64,000 bases of DNA from an uncultured delta proteobacterium (GTDB lineage: Bacteria > Desulfobacterota > Binatia > Binatales > Binataceae), in contig CAWAMM010000011.1 in NCBI GenBank assembly GCA_963783145.1, positions 271,436 to 335,435 on the forward strand, written 5' to 3'. Below, one piece after another: positions 40,298 to 55,271 of this stretch (position 1 is the first letter of the stretch; every line of letters begins with the position of its first letter). The position numbers were made by a program, and so were the translations under genes. Below the pieces are notes generated by a model. It saw nothing but the letters and a program-made list of their open reading frames with translations, searched no databases and was not told the DNA's origin.

Positions 40298-41152
40298 TTG
40301 GGAGCTTTGGCCAAAGAGGATTCTGAACCGGATGTCGCGGGCGAACCAATTCCCGCCGCGTTCGAGTTGGCGATGCTATCTGACGTTGGCGGGAATCGCT
40401 CCAACAACGAGGATTTCTGCGGGCATCTGGTCGAGGGACCCGAGGAGATCGTGTTCGCGGTCGCCGATGGCGTCGGCGGCTACGAAGGTGGCGAAGTCGC
40501 CAGCAAAATGGCGGTCGAGACTACGCTCCGGGCTTACCGCGAAAGTCCCCGCGAATGGGGCGCCAGCAAGCGACTCCATCGGGCGGTCCAGAACGCCAAT
40601 ATCGAAGTTTACAATTTTTCATCCACGGTCCCTGAACTGCGCAGGATGGCGACCACGTTGACCGCAGTCGCAATCCAGAACGGCATGCTCAATGCCGCCC
40701 ACATCGGGGATTGCAGGCTCTACCTCCTCCGCGCCGGCAAGATCACCCAGATGAGCAAAGATCACACGATGGTCGGTGAACGGGTGCGCATGGGTCTGAT
40801 GACGGAGGCCCGCGCCAAACATCATCCGGATCGCTCGGCGCTGCTGCGCAGCCTCGGCCGAGAGCTGATCGTATCGATCGATCGCATCACGATGGCGCTG
40901 CGCAAGGGCGATGAGCTGTTTCTGTGCAGCGATGGCCTCTATACCGTCCTCGAGCCCGCCGATCTGGTTTCCCTCACGCGGGAGTTTTCCGCCGAAGACG
41001 CCTGTGAAAAACTGATCCGCAATGCGAATAACCTCGGCACCAGCGATAACCTTACGGTCGCGCTGTTCAGGCAATTGGCCGAAACGCCGGAACTCGAGCC
41101 GCCCTCCGGATTGCTGGGGCGCCTAAAGCACCTGTTTTCGCGGCGAGGCTGA
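40298..41152 (+). CDS. PP2C/PPM-family Ser/Thr protein phosphatase
   Basis: RSNNED, VADGVGG, HIGDCRLY, LCSDGL, SDNLT. Confidence 0.95.
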   Translation: MGALAKEDSEPDVAGEPIPAAFELAMLSDVGGNRSNNEDFCGHLVEGPEEIVFAVADGVGGYEGGEVASKMAVETTLRAYRESPREWGASKRLHRAVQNANIEVYNFSSTVPELRRMATTLTAVAIQNGMLNAAHIGDCRLYLLRAGKITQMSKDHTMVGERVRMGLMTEARAKHHPDRSALLRSLGRELIVSIDRITMALRKGDELFLCSDGLYTVLEPADLVSLTREFSAEDACEKLIRNANNLGTSDNLTVALFRQLAETPELEPPSGLLGRLKHLFSRRG

Positions 41153-41227
41153 ATCTCGGCTCATTGATCGAGTCTTCGCGCGGGTGTTATGGTCCGCGCC
41201 CATGCGCTCGGGAGCGGCGCCAATCTC

Positions 41228-42244
41228 ATGCGCGAGGTCAGTGTTGGTGAGAAGCTTGATCAGTACCAATTGACCGAGGTGATCGCGCGCAGCGGGATGG
41301 CGTCGATTTTTAAAGCGATCGATGCGCGTTCCGGCCAGACCGTCGCTATCAAAGTGCCCTACGTCCAGTTCGAAAGCGACGTGGTCTTCTACTCACGTTT
41401 TCAGCGCGAGGAGGAAGTCGGCCGCCGGCTCGACAATCCGCACATCGTCAAAGTTCTCACCCCCGAAAAGAAAAGCCGGATGTATATCGCGATGGAGTAC
41501 ATCGACGGCATTTCGCTGCGTGCGATCATGCGCGACTTCCGCCCCATGCCGGTCGACAAGGCACTCGGCTATGCGCGCCAGCTTTGCGATGCGCTGGTCT
41601 ACATGCATGGCGAGGGCGTGGTCCATCGCGATCTCAAGCCGGAAAACGTTCTGGTGACCGAGGATGGGGTCCTGAAAATAATGGACTTCGGCATCGCGCT
41701 CGATGAATCGGCGCGCCGGCTCACCTGGTCGGGCCTTTCGTCGACTATCGGCACGCCTGACTACATGGCGCCGGAACAGGTCAGCGGACGGCGCGGCGAC
41801 GTGCGCACCGACATTTACGCGATGGGCACCATTCTCTACGAGATGTTGACCGGCGAGATGCCTTACCCGAGCGCGAACGTCTACGCGATGATGAAGGCCA
41901 AAACCACCGAGGATCCGCAACCGCCGACCCGCTTTCGCCCCGACCTCGATCCCCATCTCGAAGAGATCATCCTGCACGCGATCGAGCGCTCGCCGCGGGA
42001 CCGCTACGCCACCACCGAGGAGATGCTCAAGGAATTGCAGGATCCGTCGCAGGTCGTGATCCACAATCGCGCGCTGGCGCTGCATCCGACCAGCCTCAAA
42101 AAGCGGCGTTTCCGCCGAGCGCTCGCGGTCGGCGGGTTCTTCGTGTCGTTGATCGCGGCGTTCCTGTTTCTGATTTGGCTCGCCAATCGGTATCCCGCGC
42201 CGGCCGGCAAGCCGCACCACTCGTATCGAGGTGAGGTGAAATGA
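41228..42244 (+). CDS. Hanks-type Ser/Thr kinase with C-terminal TM anchor (alternative start 41189)
   Basis: VAIK, HRDLKPEN, DFG, GTPDYMAPE; one TM helix then a ~19-aa tail. Confidence 0.96.
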   Translation: MREVSVGEKLDQYQLTEVIARSGMASIFKAIDARSGQTVAIKVPYVQFESDVVFYSRFQREEEVGRRLDNPHIVKVLTPEKKSRMYIAMEYIDGISLRAIMRDFRPMPVDKALGYARQLCDALVYMHGEGVVHRDLKPENVLVTEDGVLKIMDFGIALDESARRLTWSGLSSTIGTPDYMAPEQVSGRRGDVRTDIYAMGTILYEMLTGEMPYPSANVYAMMKAKTTEDPQPPTRFRPDLDPHLEEIILHAIERSPRDRYATTEEMLKELQDPSQVVIHNRALALHPTSLKKRRFRRALAVGGFFVSLIAAFLFLIWLANRYPAPAGKPHHSYRGEVK

Positions 42245-43677
42245 TCCGCTACCGCAGAGTATTTTCCGTGACCATCGCCGCGGCTGCCATGGCGCTCGCT
42301 TCACTTCCTTCACTGGCGCATGCGCAAAACGCCGGCGCGCCGTTCCCGCTCGATCAATCGCTCAACCTGGCCTGGGTGCTGATCGCGGGATTCCTGGTGA
42401 TGTTCATGCAGGTCGGCTTCGCGATGCTGGAGACCGGCTTCACCCGCGCCAAGAACGCGGTCAACACGATGGCGATGAACTTCATCATCTACCCGATCGG
42501 CATCGTCGGCTTCTGGCTCACCGGTTACGGACTCATGATGGGAGGCGTCGGGCACTGGTCGTCGCTCGGCGCGACCGGGCTCGAGCACTACGAGGTTTCG
42601 ATCACCCTGGGCGGACATGCTTATGGACTGCTCGGTGCGAGCAAGTTCGCGCTGCTTAACGTCAGTCACGATCCTTCGAGTCTCGCGATGTTCCTGTTCG
42701 CGGTCGTCTTCATGGATACCGCCGCGACCATTCCGACCGGTGCGATGGCGGAGCGCTGGAAGTTTTCCGCCTTCGTGATTTATGGGTTCTTCATCTCGAT
42801 GTTCCTCTACCCACTGTATGGAAACTGGGTGTGGGGCGGCGGATGGCTTTCGCAGCTCGGCGTCAACCTTGGTCTGGGACATGGGCACGTCGATTTCGCA
42901 GGATCGTCGGTGGTGCATATGACCGGCGGAATCACCGGTCTGGCCGGCGCGATCGTGCTCGGGCCGAGGATCGGAAAATTTCGCCGCGACGGGCAGTTGA
43001 CCGCGATCCCCGGCCATAACATTCCGATGGCGATGATCGGCACGCTGATCCTCGCGTTCGGATGGTTCGGCTTCAACGCGGGCTCGACTCTGGCGGCCTC
43101 GGATCCCAGGATCGGCTTGATCGCGGCGAATACCATGATCGCCTCGGCCGCGGGAGCGCTCTCGGCGCTCTTTTATCTGTGGTTTCGCTTCCACAAGCCC
43201 GATGTCTCGATGGCTTGCAACGGGATGCTGGGCGGACTGGTCGCGATCACCGCGCCGTGCGCATTTGTCACGCCGCTGGCCGCGCTGTTGATCGGCGTGA
43301 TCGCGGGCTTGCTGGTGGTCGCCTTGGTGCTGGTGCTGGAGCGGCGCTTCCGCATCGACGATCCGGTTGGCGCGATCGCGGTCCATGGCGGCTGCGGGAT
43401 TTGGGGCGCGCTCGCGGTGGGAATCTTCGCGGACGGCAGCTATGGCGACGGCTGGAACGCGGTGGCCGGACCGGTCCGGGGCATCCTGTACGGAGATGGC
43501 GGACAATTCGTCGCGCAACTGATCGGCGTCACCGTCAACATCGTCGTGGTGTTCGGACTGGCGCTCGCGTTCTTCATGATCATCGAACGCACCCTCGGAA
43601 ATCGCGTCATTCCGGAAGTTGAGTGGAGTGGCCTCGACTCGCTCGAAATGGGCACCGACGCATACACCAACGTGTAG
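42241..43677 (+). CDS. amt: Ammonium transporter (Amt family)
   Basis: FMQVGFAMLETG, DFAGSSVVH, GWFGFNAGS, DDPVGAIAVHG; ATGA overlap with kinase stop. Confidence 0.96.
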   Translation: MIRYRRVFSVTIAAAAMALASLPSLAHAQNAGAPFPLDQSLNLAWVLIAGFLVMFMQVGFAMLETGFTRAKNAVNTMAMNFIIYPIGIVGFWLTGYGLMMGGVGHWSSLGATGLEHYEVSITLGGHAYGLLGASKFALLNVSHDPSSLAMFLFAVVFMDTAATIPTGAMAERWKFSAFVIYGFFISMFLYPLYGNWVWGGGWLSQLGVNLGLGHGHVDFAGSSVVHMTGGITGLAGAIVLGPRIGKFRRDGQLTAIPGHNIPMAMIGTLILAFGWFGFNAGSTLAASDPRIGLIAANTMIASAAGALSALFYLWFRFHKPDVSMACNGMLGGLVAITAPCAFVTPLAALLIGVIAGLLVVALVLVLERRFRIDDPVGAIAVHGGCGIWGALAVGIFADGSYGDGWNAVAGPVRGILYGDGGQFVAQLIGVTVNIVVVFGLALAFFMIIERTLGNRVIPEVEWSGLDSLEMGTDAYTNV

Positions 43678-43754
43678 TCTCGAGGCGAGCGCGCATCCGC
43701 TCCGGTAGAATCAGATCGTTCGTCTCAACTTCAACCGCTCAGACGGAGGTCTGC

Positions 43755-44453
43755 ATGATTCTGGAGAGACGGAGATTTATCGGGCGCGCGTGCAAAACCG
43801 CGCTCGCGGTGGCCGGCGGCTACGTGGTCGCGGTCAACCCCGCGCAGGCGGCGGAGGACGAAAAGGGCGAGGGCGACCTTGGACCCATCGAGGATCTGAT
43901 GCGCGAGCATGGTGTCCTGCGCCGCGTGCTGCTGATCTATGAGGAAGGGTTGCGCAGGATCGCCGCGCACCAGGATTTTCCCGGCAATCCGTTTCTCACC
44001 GGCGCCCAGCTCATCCGCAAATTCATCGAGGATTATCACGAGAAGAACGAGGAGAAATTTATCTTCCCGAAGCTGCACAATGCTCTTGGCGAGGCCGGCC
44101 GCGACGTTCCGATCCTGCTCCAGCAGCATCAGGCGGGCCGGCAGCTTACCGACATTATAATTCGCGTCTCGACTTCGAATGCGAAAGACACCCGCCTCGT
44201 CGATCCAGTCACGCAGTTCATCCGGATGTATCGGCCGCATGCCGCGCGCGAAGACACCATCGTGTTTCCCGCGTTCCATCAGGCGGTCAGCGAAAAGGAG
44301 TTCGACGCCGTCGGCGAGCAAATGGAGAAGCAGGAGGAGAAACTCTTCGGCGAGGGCGGCTTCGCGAAGATCGTCGAAGCGGTCGCCGAGGAGGAACGCG
44401 CGTTGGACATCTACGAACTGGACCGCTTCACTCCCAAACTCGAAGCCAATTGA
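43755..44453 (+). CDS. Hemerythrin-like domain protein with Tat signal
   Basis: ERRRFI + AQA cleavage site; LMREH, YHEKNEE, QH, HAAREDTIVFP; GGAGGT RBS. Confidence 0.85.
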   Translation: MILERRRFIGRACKTALAVAGGYVVAVNPAQAAEDEKGEGDLGPIEDLMREHGVLRRVLLIYEEGLRRIAAHQDFPGNPFLTGAQLIRKFIEDYHEKNEEKFIFPKLHNALGEAGRDVPILLQQHQAGRQLTDIIIRVSTSNAKDTRLVDPVTQFIRMYRPHAAREDTIVFPAFHQAVSEKEFDAVGEQMEKQEEKLFGEGGFAKIVEAVAEEERALDIYELDRFTPKLEAN

Positions 44454-45532
44454 ATAACTCAACGTTACGGATCACGAAAATCATTGCCGCGCTGATGTTC
44501 CTGAGCTATGCGCTCTGCCCTGCGGCGATCGCCGCGGACGTATGCTCACCCTTCGGCGATACTCCCGCGCAGATCAATCACGGCGTGATCGCGAGCTCAT
44601 TCGCAGCGCACAATCCGATTTGCTTCGGCGGCCGCGTGCTCGGTCCGTGGAAGGATTCTGACGGCTCCGATCGCTATGCCTGCATCTACGAACCCGCGGG
44701 GCGTAGCCGCGACAATCCGCTCCCGCTGGTGGTGTTCATCCATGGCTCGATCGCGACGGCGGATTCGATCAAGTTGACCGGCCTGGTCGGCGAGATTGGC
44801 AAGGCTGACCTTGGTGGGAAGAAGCCCGGCTTCATTCTCCTCGCGCCCGAGGGGCGCTACACCGCGCACTACTATCCCGGCCTCGATTCCAACGCGATGG
44901 GGTGGGACAACTGGTACCGTCAGCTGAGCCCCTCGGGTGATGTGACCGTTGGTGGAACGACCTACAAGGAAAACGTTGACGCGGCGACCATCGATCATTT
45001 TATTCAGGACGAAACTGCGACTGGCGAGGTCGATCCGGTGCGCATCTACCTGACCGGATGGTCCAACGGCGCAGCGATGGCGCTGCTGTATGCGCTGAGC
45101 CGCCAATCGATCGCGGCGGCGGCGGTCTACTCGGCGCCCGATCCTTTCGGCGCCTTCGATGATCCATGTCCGCAGGCGCCGGTGACCCGCGCGCCGACCT
45201 CAAATGCGCAGGTGCAGATCTTTAATCCGCGCATTCCGCTGCTGCACGTGCGCAACGGTTGCGACATCGGTGGCATCTGTCCGAACGGGAATAATTTTGC
45301 GCGGCAGATGCGCGCAATCGGGGTCAGCCTCGACGATGTGATCCTCGATCCCGAAGGCAAACCCGTTACCTCCTGCGACGACACTTGCGGCACCAGCCCG
45401 AGGGCGGCGGGCGACGTCGGCGCCGGCGGAACAATTCGCGGCATCCTGCATCATATGCAGTGGCCGAAAGCATCGAATTCGCGGATGCTGGAGTTCATGA
45501 AGCAGCATCCGCTGCCTGCGGCGGCAAAGTAG
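44450..45532 (+). CDS. Secreted alpha/beta hydrolase (PHB depolymerase/LpqC-like esterase)
   Basis: Signal peptide; PLVVFIHG, IYLTGWSNGA nucleophile elbow, several Cys. Confidence 0.78.
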   Translation: MNNSTLRITKIIAALMFLSYALCPAAIAADVCSPFGDTPAQINHGVIASSFAAHNPICFGGRVLGPWKDSDGSDRYACIYEPAGRSRDNPLPLVVFIHGSIATADSIKLTGLVGEIGKADLGGKKPGFILLAPEGRYTAHYYPGLDSNAMGWDNWYRQLSPSGDVTVGGTTYKENVDAATIDHFIQDETATGEVDPVRIYLTGWSNGAAMALLYALSRQSIAAAAVYSAPDPFGAFDDPCPQAPVTRAPTSNAQVQIFNPRIPLLHVRNGCDIGGICPNGNNFARQMRAIGVSLDDVILDPEGKPVTSCDDTCGTSPRAAGDVGAGGTIRGILHHMQWPKASNSRMLEFMKQHPLPAAAK

Positions 45533-45650
45533 GATCGCATTCACGGTGGCAGCGGCACCCGCTTGACGTAACTTTTCACTCTCTGCGATAGGTGAAGTAA
45601 CAAATCGAAACCACAGCCGGGTCGCCGCGACTCGCGCGGGAGCAGAAGCC

Positions 45651-46457
45651 ATGGCCTACAGCGAAATTCTCTTCGAGAAGCAGAACGCGATCGCGACCGT
45701 CACCATCAATCGTCCACACGCGATGAACTCCGGCACCATCAGGACCTGGGGCGAAATCGCCGATGCATTTCATGATGCCGAGCGCGACAACGACATCCGG
45801 GTGGTAGTCCTGACCGGCGCGGGCCGCGCGTTTTGCGCCGGCGACGACGTGAAGGAGATTTTCCTGAATCCCGAGTTTCGCGATGCGAAACCCAACGCCG
45901 CCAAGGAGATCGAGGAGTGGCGCTCGCATGCGCCGGTCGCGCTGGATTTTCTCATCGAGTATCCCAAGCCCACCATCGCGTCGGTCAACGGCGCCGCAGT
46001 CGGCTACGGATGCGACATCGCGCTGATGTGCGACATGCGGGTGTGCTCGGATCAAGCGCGCTTCGGCGAGGTTTTCATCCGCCGCGGATTGATTCCCGAG
46101 GCGGGCGGCCTGCTGGTGTTGCCGCGGCTGGTCGGTCTGGCGCGCGCCTACGAATTGATCCTTACCGGCGACATCATCGATGCGAAGGAAGCCGAGCGCA
46201 TCGGGATGGTGAATCGCGTGGTGCCGCATGCGCAACTCGGCGAGGCGACGATGGCGCTCGCGACCAAGCTCGCGCAACAGGCGCCGCTCGCCCAGCGGCT
46301 CGCGAAGGAAGCGCTGCGGGTGGGACTCAATCTCAACTTGCCGTACTTTTATGGCTACCAGCGTCACGGCCAGCATCTGATGTTCGGGACCAAGGACCAC
46401 CTCGAAGGCGCGAAGTCGTTCGTTGAGAAGCGCCCCGCAGACTTCAAGGGCGAATGA
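45651..46457 (+). CDS. Enoyl-CoA hydratase/isomerase family
   Basis: GAGRAFCAGDD, KPTIASVNGAAVGYG, GLIPE. Confidence 0.93.
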   Translation: MAYSEILFEKQNAIATVTINRPHAMNSGTIRTWGEIADAFHDAERDNDIRVVVLTGAGRAFCAGDDVKEIFLNPEFRDAKPNAAKEIEEWRSHAPVALDFLIEYPKPTIASVNGAAVGYGCDIALMCDMRVCSDQARFGEVFIRRGLIPEAGGLLVLPRLVGLARAYELILTGDIIDAKEAERIGMVNRVVPHAQLGEATMALATKLAQQAPLAQRLAKEALRVGLNLNLPYFYGYQRHGQHLMFGTKDHLEGAKSFVEKRPADFKGE

Positions 46458-46488
46458 GCGTCGCGACTCACCACGCACATAGGATGAA

Positions 46489-47763
46489 ATGATCGCGCGA
46501 CTGGGGAGGGTCGCGAAGGCGTGGTTTTGTATCGCGCTGCTGACAGCCGCAGTCGTGTGCGCGCAGGAGCCCACGCCGATTGTCGATACGGCGCCGGTCG
46601 GTACCCGGCAGAACTACTTCCGCACGCCCTACCGCGAAGGGTCGTTCCGCCACATGGATCAGATCTTCCCGTTCCACGTGGTGCATCGCGCGGGCGCGGT
46701 GTCGGAACTGCCGCGCGCCGATCGCCAGATGGGCGAAGTTACTTACCAATGGAAGGGTCGCGCGCATACCCTCGAGCAGCTGCTGCAGCAGACCAAAACC
46801 ACCGGCTTCCTCGTGATCAAGGATGGCAAGATCGTGCAGGAGCGTTACTTCGGCGGCGCGAGCGAGAGCTCGACCTTCACCTCGATGTCGGTGGCGAAGT
46901 CGTTCACCTCGACTCTGGTCGGCCTCGCGCTGGCCGACGGAAAAATCAAAAGCCTCGACGATCCCATCACCGATTATGTGCCGGAGCTGGAGCGCACCGG
47001 CTACGATGGCGTGCCGATCAAGGCAATCCTCCAGATGTCCTCGGGGGTGAAGTTCAGCGAGCGCTACGTGTGGGGGCTCTACTCGGACATGGACTTGATG
47101 TTCGAGCGCGCGATGGTGGATGAGGCGGCGCCGCTCAACGACTATCTGAAGGGCCTGGTCCGAGGCCTACCGCCAGGCACAAAATTTAACTACAAGGGCT
47201 CGGATACGCAGGCGCTCGGATGGATGGTGCGCCACGTCACCGATGAATCACTCGCCGATTATCTTTCGGAAAAAGTCTGGCAGCCGATGGGCATGGAGCG
47301 TGACGCGTTTTGGAATACCGATGCGCCCGGCCCCAACGGCATGGAGGCCGCGTTCACCTGCCTCAACGCGACCCTGCGCGACTTCGGCCGCTTCGGGCTG
47401 ATGTTTCTGAATCATGGTAAATGGAACGGCAAGCAGATCGTGCCCGCCGATTGGGTCGAGCGCGCGACGGTGCCCGATGATCCGCAGGTGCAGCCGGGCC
47501 GGCTCATCAAGCATTCGACCCTCGGTTACGGATATCAATGGTGGACCTTTCCCGACGACGGCGCGTATTCCGCGGAGGGAATATATTTCCAGTTCATCTT
47601 CGTGAATCCGAAAGAGAACCTGGTCATCGTAAAAACCAGCGCCTACGATCGTCCGTGGGATGCCGATTTCGAAGGGCAGACTTACACCGCTTTTTGGGCC
47701 ATCGCGGGGGCTCTGCGAGACAATCACGCCCCGAATCCCCTGAGGCTTAGGAACTTAGCCTGA
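46489..47763 (+). CDS. Secreted serine hydrolase (class C beta-lactamase/NylB-like)
   Basis: SMSVAKS (SxxK), LQMSSG, FNY, YGYQWW. Confidence 0.88.
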   Translation: MIARLGRVAKAWFCIALLTAAVVCAQEPTPIVDTAPVGTRQNYFRTPYREGSFRHMDQIFPFHVVHRAGAVSELPRADRQMGEVTYQWKGRAHTLEQLLQQTKTTGFLVIKDGKIVQERYFGGASESSTFTSMSVAKSFTSTLVGLALADGKIKSLDDPITDYVPELERTGYDGVPIKAILQMSSGVKFSERYVWGLYSDMDLMFERAMVDEAAPLNDYLKGLVRGLPPGTKFNYKGSDTQALGWMVRHVTDESLADYLSEKVWQPMGMERDAFWNTDAPGPNGMEAAFTCLNATLRDFGRFGLMFLNHGKWNGKQIVPADWVERATVPDDPQVQPGRLIKHSTLGYGYQWWTFPDDGAYSAEGIYFQFIFVNPKENLVIVKTSAYDRPWDADFEGQTYTAFWAIAGALRDNHAPNPLRLRNLA

Positions 47764-47913
47764 GCGGACCGAAAATGCCCTTCCCTTAGGCAAATGCCCG
47801 TCCATGATCCATCGTAGCGCCCTGAAATCGACTCTTGGCCTTCTGAAACTATGGTCGGCAGGTAAAAAACCGCTTCTAATTCGCCTTTGATGCCATTTTC
47901 ACCTAAGAAAAGG

Positions 47914-47942
47914 TTGACACAAATCTCGATTCTGAATATCTT
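47914..47942 (+). promoter_or_regulatory. Sigma-70 promoter of lrp-gltBD
   Basis: TTGACA-N17-TATCTT, 26 bp before the lrp ATG. Confidence 0.7.
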
Positions 47943-47968
47943 CGGCGGTTCCTGATCGAGGTTCCCTT

Positions 47969-48531
47969 ATGAAATTAGGCTCCGAAGCGCTGGAGCTCGA
48001 CGCCATCGACCTCCAGATTCTCGAGACTCTGCAGGACCAGGGGCGCATCCCTCTGGTCAAGCTCGGCGAGCAGGTCGGCCTGTCGTCGCCGTCGGTGATC
48101 GATCGGGTCAAGAAACTCGAAGATAGCGGAATCATCACCGGCTATCAGGCGACCGTCGACGCGCGCAAACTCGGCAAGGATGTCACCGCGTTCATCGGCG
48201 TTTCGATCGGACATCCGAAGGCGACCGCGACTTTCGAGCACACCGTCGCGCTGGTCGACGACGTGCTGGAATGTCATCACGTCACCGGGGAACACTCGCT
48301 GTTACTCAAGATCAAGACCGACAACACTTCGTCGCTGGAGCGGCTCATCAGCACGATCCGCTCGATCGAGGGAGTGTCGCGAACGGAAACCATGGTGGTG
48401 CTGTCGACGCATAAGGAGCGTGCGGCCATTTCGGTCGGCGCCGCGGATGAACCCGAAGTGGCCGGCAATGGTCACGCGCGCAAGCATCGCCACGGCATCG
48501 TGAAAACGATCGTCGCGGACCCTAAGAGGGT

Positions 48532-48535
<4 letters not shown>
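47969..48535 (+). CDS. Lrp/AsnC-family regulator
   Basis: [33 protein letters not shown]. Confidence 0.93.
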
Positions 48536-53097
<4,562 letters not shown>

Positions 53098-53190
53098 GCG
53101 GCGAAATGGCGGAGGCGGAGGGCTATCGACAGGTTTCGGGAAAAGGAAGAATCGGTTTTCGATGAGCGAGATTCGGCGGGTCGGGATTAA

Positions 53191-54639
53191 ATGGGCAAGA
53201 TAACGGGCTTCATGGAGATCAAACGGGAAACGCCCTCGCGGCGGCCCGTCAAGGAGCGCCTCCAGGACTGGCGCGAATATGACCTCAAGATGCCCGAGGA
53301 CAAGCTGCGCGCGCAGGGAGCGCGTTGCATGGATTGCGGGATCCCCTTCTGCCACAAGGGTTGTCCGCTCGGCAACATCATTCCCGATTGGAACGATCTG
53401 ATTTACCGCGGGCGCTGGAAGGACGCCATCGACCGCCTCCATTCGACCAACAATTTCCCCGAGTTCACCGGGCGCGTGTGTCCGGCGCCCTGCGAAGAAG
53501 CCTGCGTGCTCAACATCAACAACGATCCCGTCACCATCAAGCTGATCGAAAAGAACATCATCGATCACGCGTGGTCAGAGGGTTGGGTCACCGCGCAACC
53601 CGCGCCGCGCGCGACCGGGAAGCGCGTCGCAGTGGTCGGCTCGGGCCCCGCCGGCCTCGCCTGCGCGCAGCAGCTCGCGCGCGCCGGTCACGCCGTCACC
53701 TTGTATGAGCGGTCGGATCGCGTCGGCGGCCTGCTGATGTACGGCATTCCCGATTTCAAAATGGAGAAGCATCTGGTCCATCGCCGCGTCGAGCAGATGA
53801 AGGCCGAGGGCGTCGAGTTTGTGACTAGCTGTCGCGTCGGCATCGATATCACCGCCGATGAGATGCGCGCGAAGTTCGATGCGATCGCGCTCACGATGGG
53901 GGCGACCAAGCCGCGCGATCTTCCGATTCCGGGGCGCGAGCTCAAGGGCGTCCACTACGCGATGGATTTCCTGCCGCTGCAGAACAAGCGCAATCAGGGC
54001 GACATCATTCCCGAGGACATTTTCATCACGGCGAAGAATAAGCGCGTGGTGATCCTCGGCGGCGGCGATACTGGCTCCGATTGCCTCGGCACCAGCAATC
54101 GGCAGGGCGCGCTCAGCGTGCATCAGTATGAGTTGCTCCCGATGCCGCCCGACTCTCGCACAATTGAGATGCCGTGGCCCGATTGGCCGATGATCCTGCG
54201 CACGTCAACCTCGCATGAGGAGGGTGTGAATCGCGACTGGAGCATCAACACCAAAAAGTTTTCCGGCGAGCACGGTCGCGTCACCAAGCTGCACGGCATC
54301 CGGCTGGAGTGGGAACGCGCCTCCGATGGGCGGATGGCGATGAAGGAAATCGAGGGCAGCGACTTCGAGCTCGATTGCGACCTGGTGCTGCTCGCACTGG
54401 GATTCCTTGGCCCCGAGCCGGACGGAATCATCTCGCAGCTCGGCCTCAAGCTCGATCCTCGCAGCAACGTGCTATGCGATAACTACCAGTCTAGCGTGCC
54501 GGGAGTCTTCGCGGCGGGCGATACGCGTCGAGGACAGTCGCTGGTGGTCTGGGCGATTTGGGAAGGCCGCGAATGTGCGCGTGCCGTCGACGCGTACCTG
54601 ATGGGCGAGTCGTTTCTGCCGGCCAGTCCCGAGCTCTAG
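53191..54639 (+). CDS. gltD: Glutamate synthase small subunit
   Basis: [34 protein letters not shown]. Confidence 0.99.
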   Translation: MGKITGFMEIKRETPSRRPVKERLQDWREYDLKMPEDKLRAQGARCMDCGIPFCHKGCPLGNIIPDWNDLIYRGRWKDAIDRLHSTNNFPEFTGRVCPAPCEEACVLNINNDPVTIKLIEKNIIDHAWSEGWVTAQPAPRATGKRVAVVGSGPAGLACAQQLARAGHAVTLYERSDRVGGLLMYGIPDFKMEKHLVHRRVEQMKAEGVEFVTSCRVGIDITADEMRAKFDAIALTMGATKPRDLPIPGRELKGVHYAMDFLPLQNKRNQGDIIPEDIFITAKNKRVVILGGGDTGSDCLGTSNRQGALSVHQYELLPMPPDSRTIEMPWPDWPMILRTSTSHEEGVNRDWSINTKKFSGEHGRVTKLHGIRLEWERASDGRMAMKEIEGSDFELDCDLVLLALGFLGPEPDGIISQLGLKLDPRSNVLCDNYQSSVPGVFAAGDTRRGQSLVVWAIWEGRECARAVDAYLMGESFLPASPEL

Positions 54640-54641
54640 AG

Positions 54642-55271
54642 GTGCTGCGGCTCTACGACTATCTGTCCTCGGGCAACGGCTACAAGGTTCGGCTGTTACT
54701 CACGCAGCTCGCGATTCCATTCGAGCTGATCGAGCGCGACATCATCAAGGGCGAGACGCGCACGCCCGAGTTCCTCTCAAAGTTTCCCAACGGCAGGATT
54801 CCTGCGATCGAGTTCGAGGACGGCAAGTTGCTCTTCGAGTCGAATGCCATCATCAGCTACTTCGCCGACAACACGCAGTTCCTTCCGCAAGATAGATTTG
54901 AGCGCGCGCAGGTCCTGCAGTGGCTGTTCTTCGAGCAGTACAGTCACGAGCCCTACATCGCGAGCGTGCGATACCTCGTGCACGTAGGCCCCGAGGTTCC
55001 CGATCCTCGGCGCGCGATGCTCGACACGATGATTCGGCGCGGCTACGACGCGTTCGACGTGATGGAGAAGCATCTCGCCTCGCGCGAATGGTTCGTCGGC
55101 GCCGGTTACTCGATCGCCGACATCGCGCTTTACGCATACACGCACGTCGCCGACGAGGGCGGATTCGATCTAAGTAAGTATCCTGCGATTCGCGGATGGC
55201 TCTCGCGGGTGAAATCGCAGCCGCGTCACCTTGCGATCACCGAACGCCCGGCCTCATCGGCGCAGGCCTAG
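54642..55271 (+). CDS. Glutathione S-transferase family
   Basis: SGNGYKV, PNGRIP, ESNAI, SIADIALYAYTH; GTG 2 nt after gltD stop. Confidence 0.92.
   Translation: MLRLYDYLSSGNGYKVRLLLTQLAIPFELIERDIIKGETRTPEFLSKFPNGRIPAIEFEDGKLLFESNAIISYFADNTQFLPQDRFERAQVLQWLFFEQYSHEPYIASVRYLVHVGPEVPDPRRAMLDTMIRRGYDAFDVMEKHLASREWFVGAGYSIADIALYAYTHVADEGGFDLSKYPAIRGWLSRVKSQPRHLAITERPASSAQA

Noticed and set aside
40298-42244. Type VI secretion or PknB/Stp cell-wall kinase-phosphatase pair
   Set aside because: No T6SS or FHA genes, no PASTA domains; flanked by nitrogen transporters
42310-43518. 402-aa minus-strand ORF
   Set aside because: Antisense shadow of amt
46489-47763. Beta-lactam resistance gene
   Set aside because: Motifs fit the broad NylB/esterase-like serine hydrolases; no specific support for beta-lactamase activity
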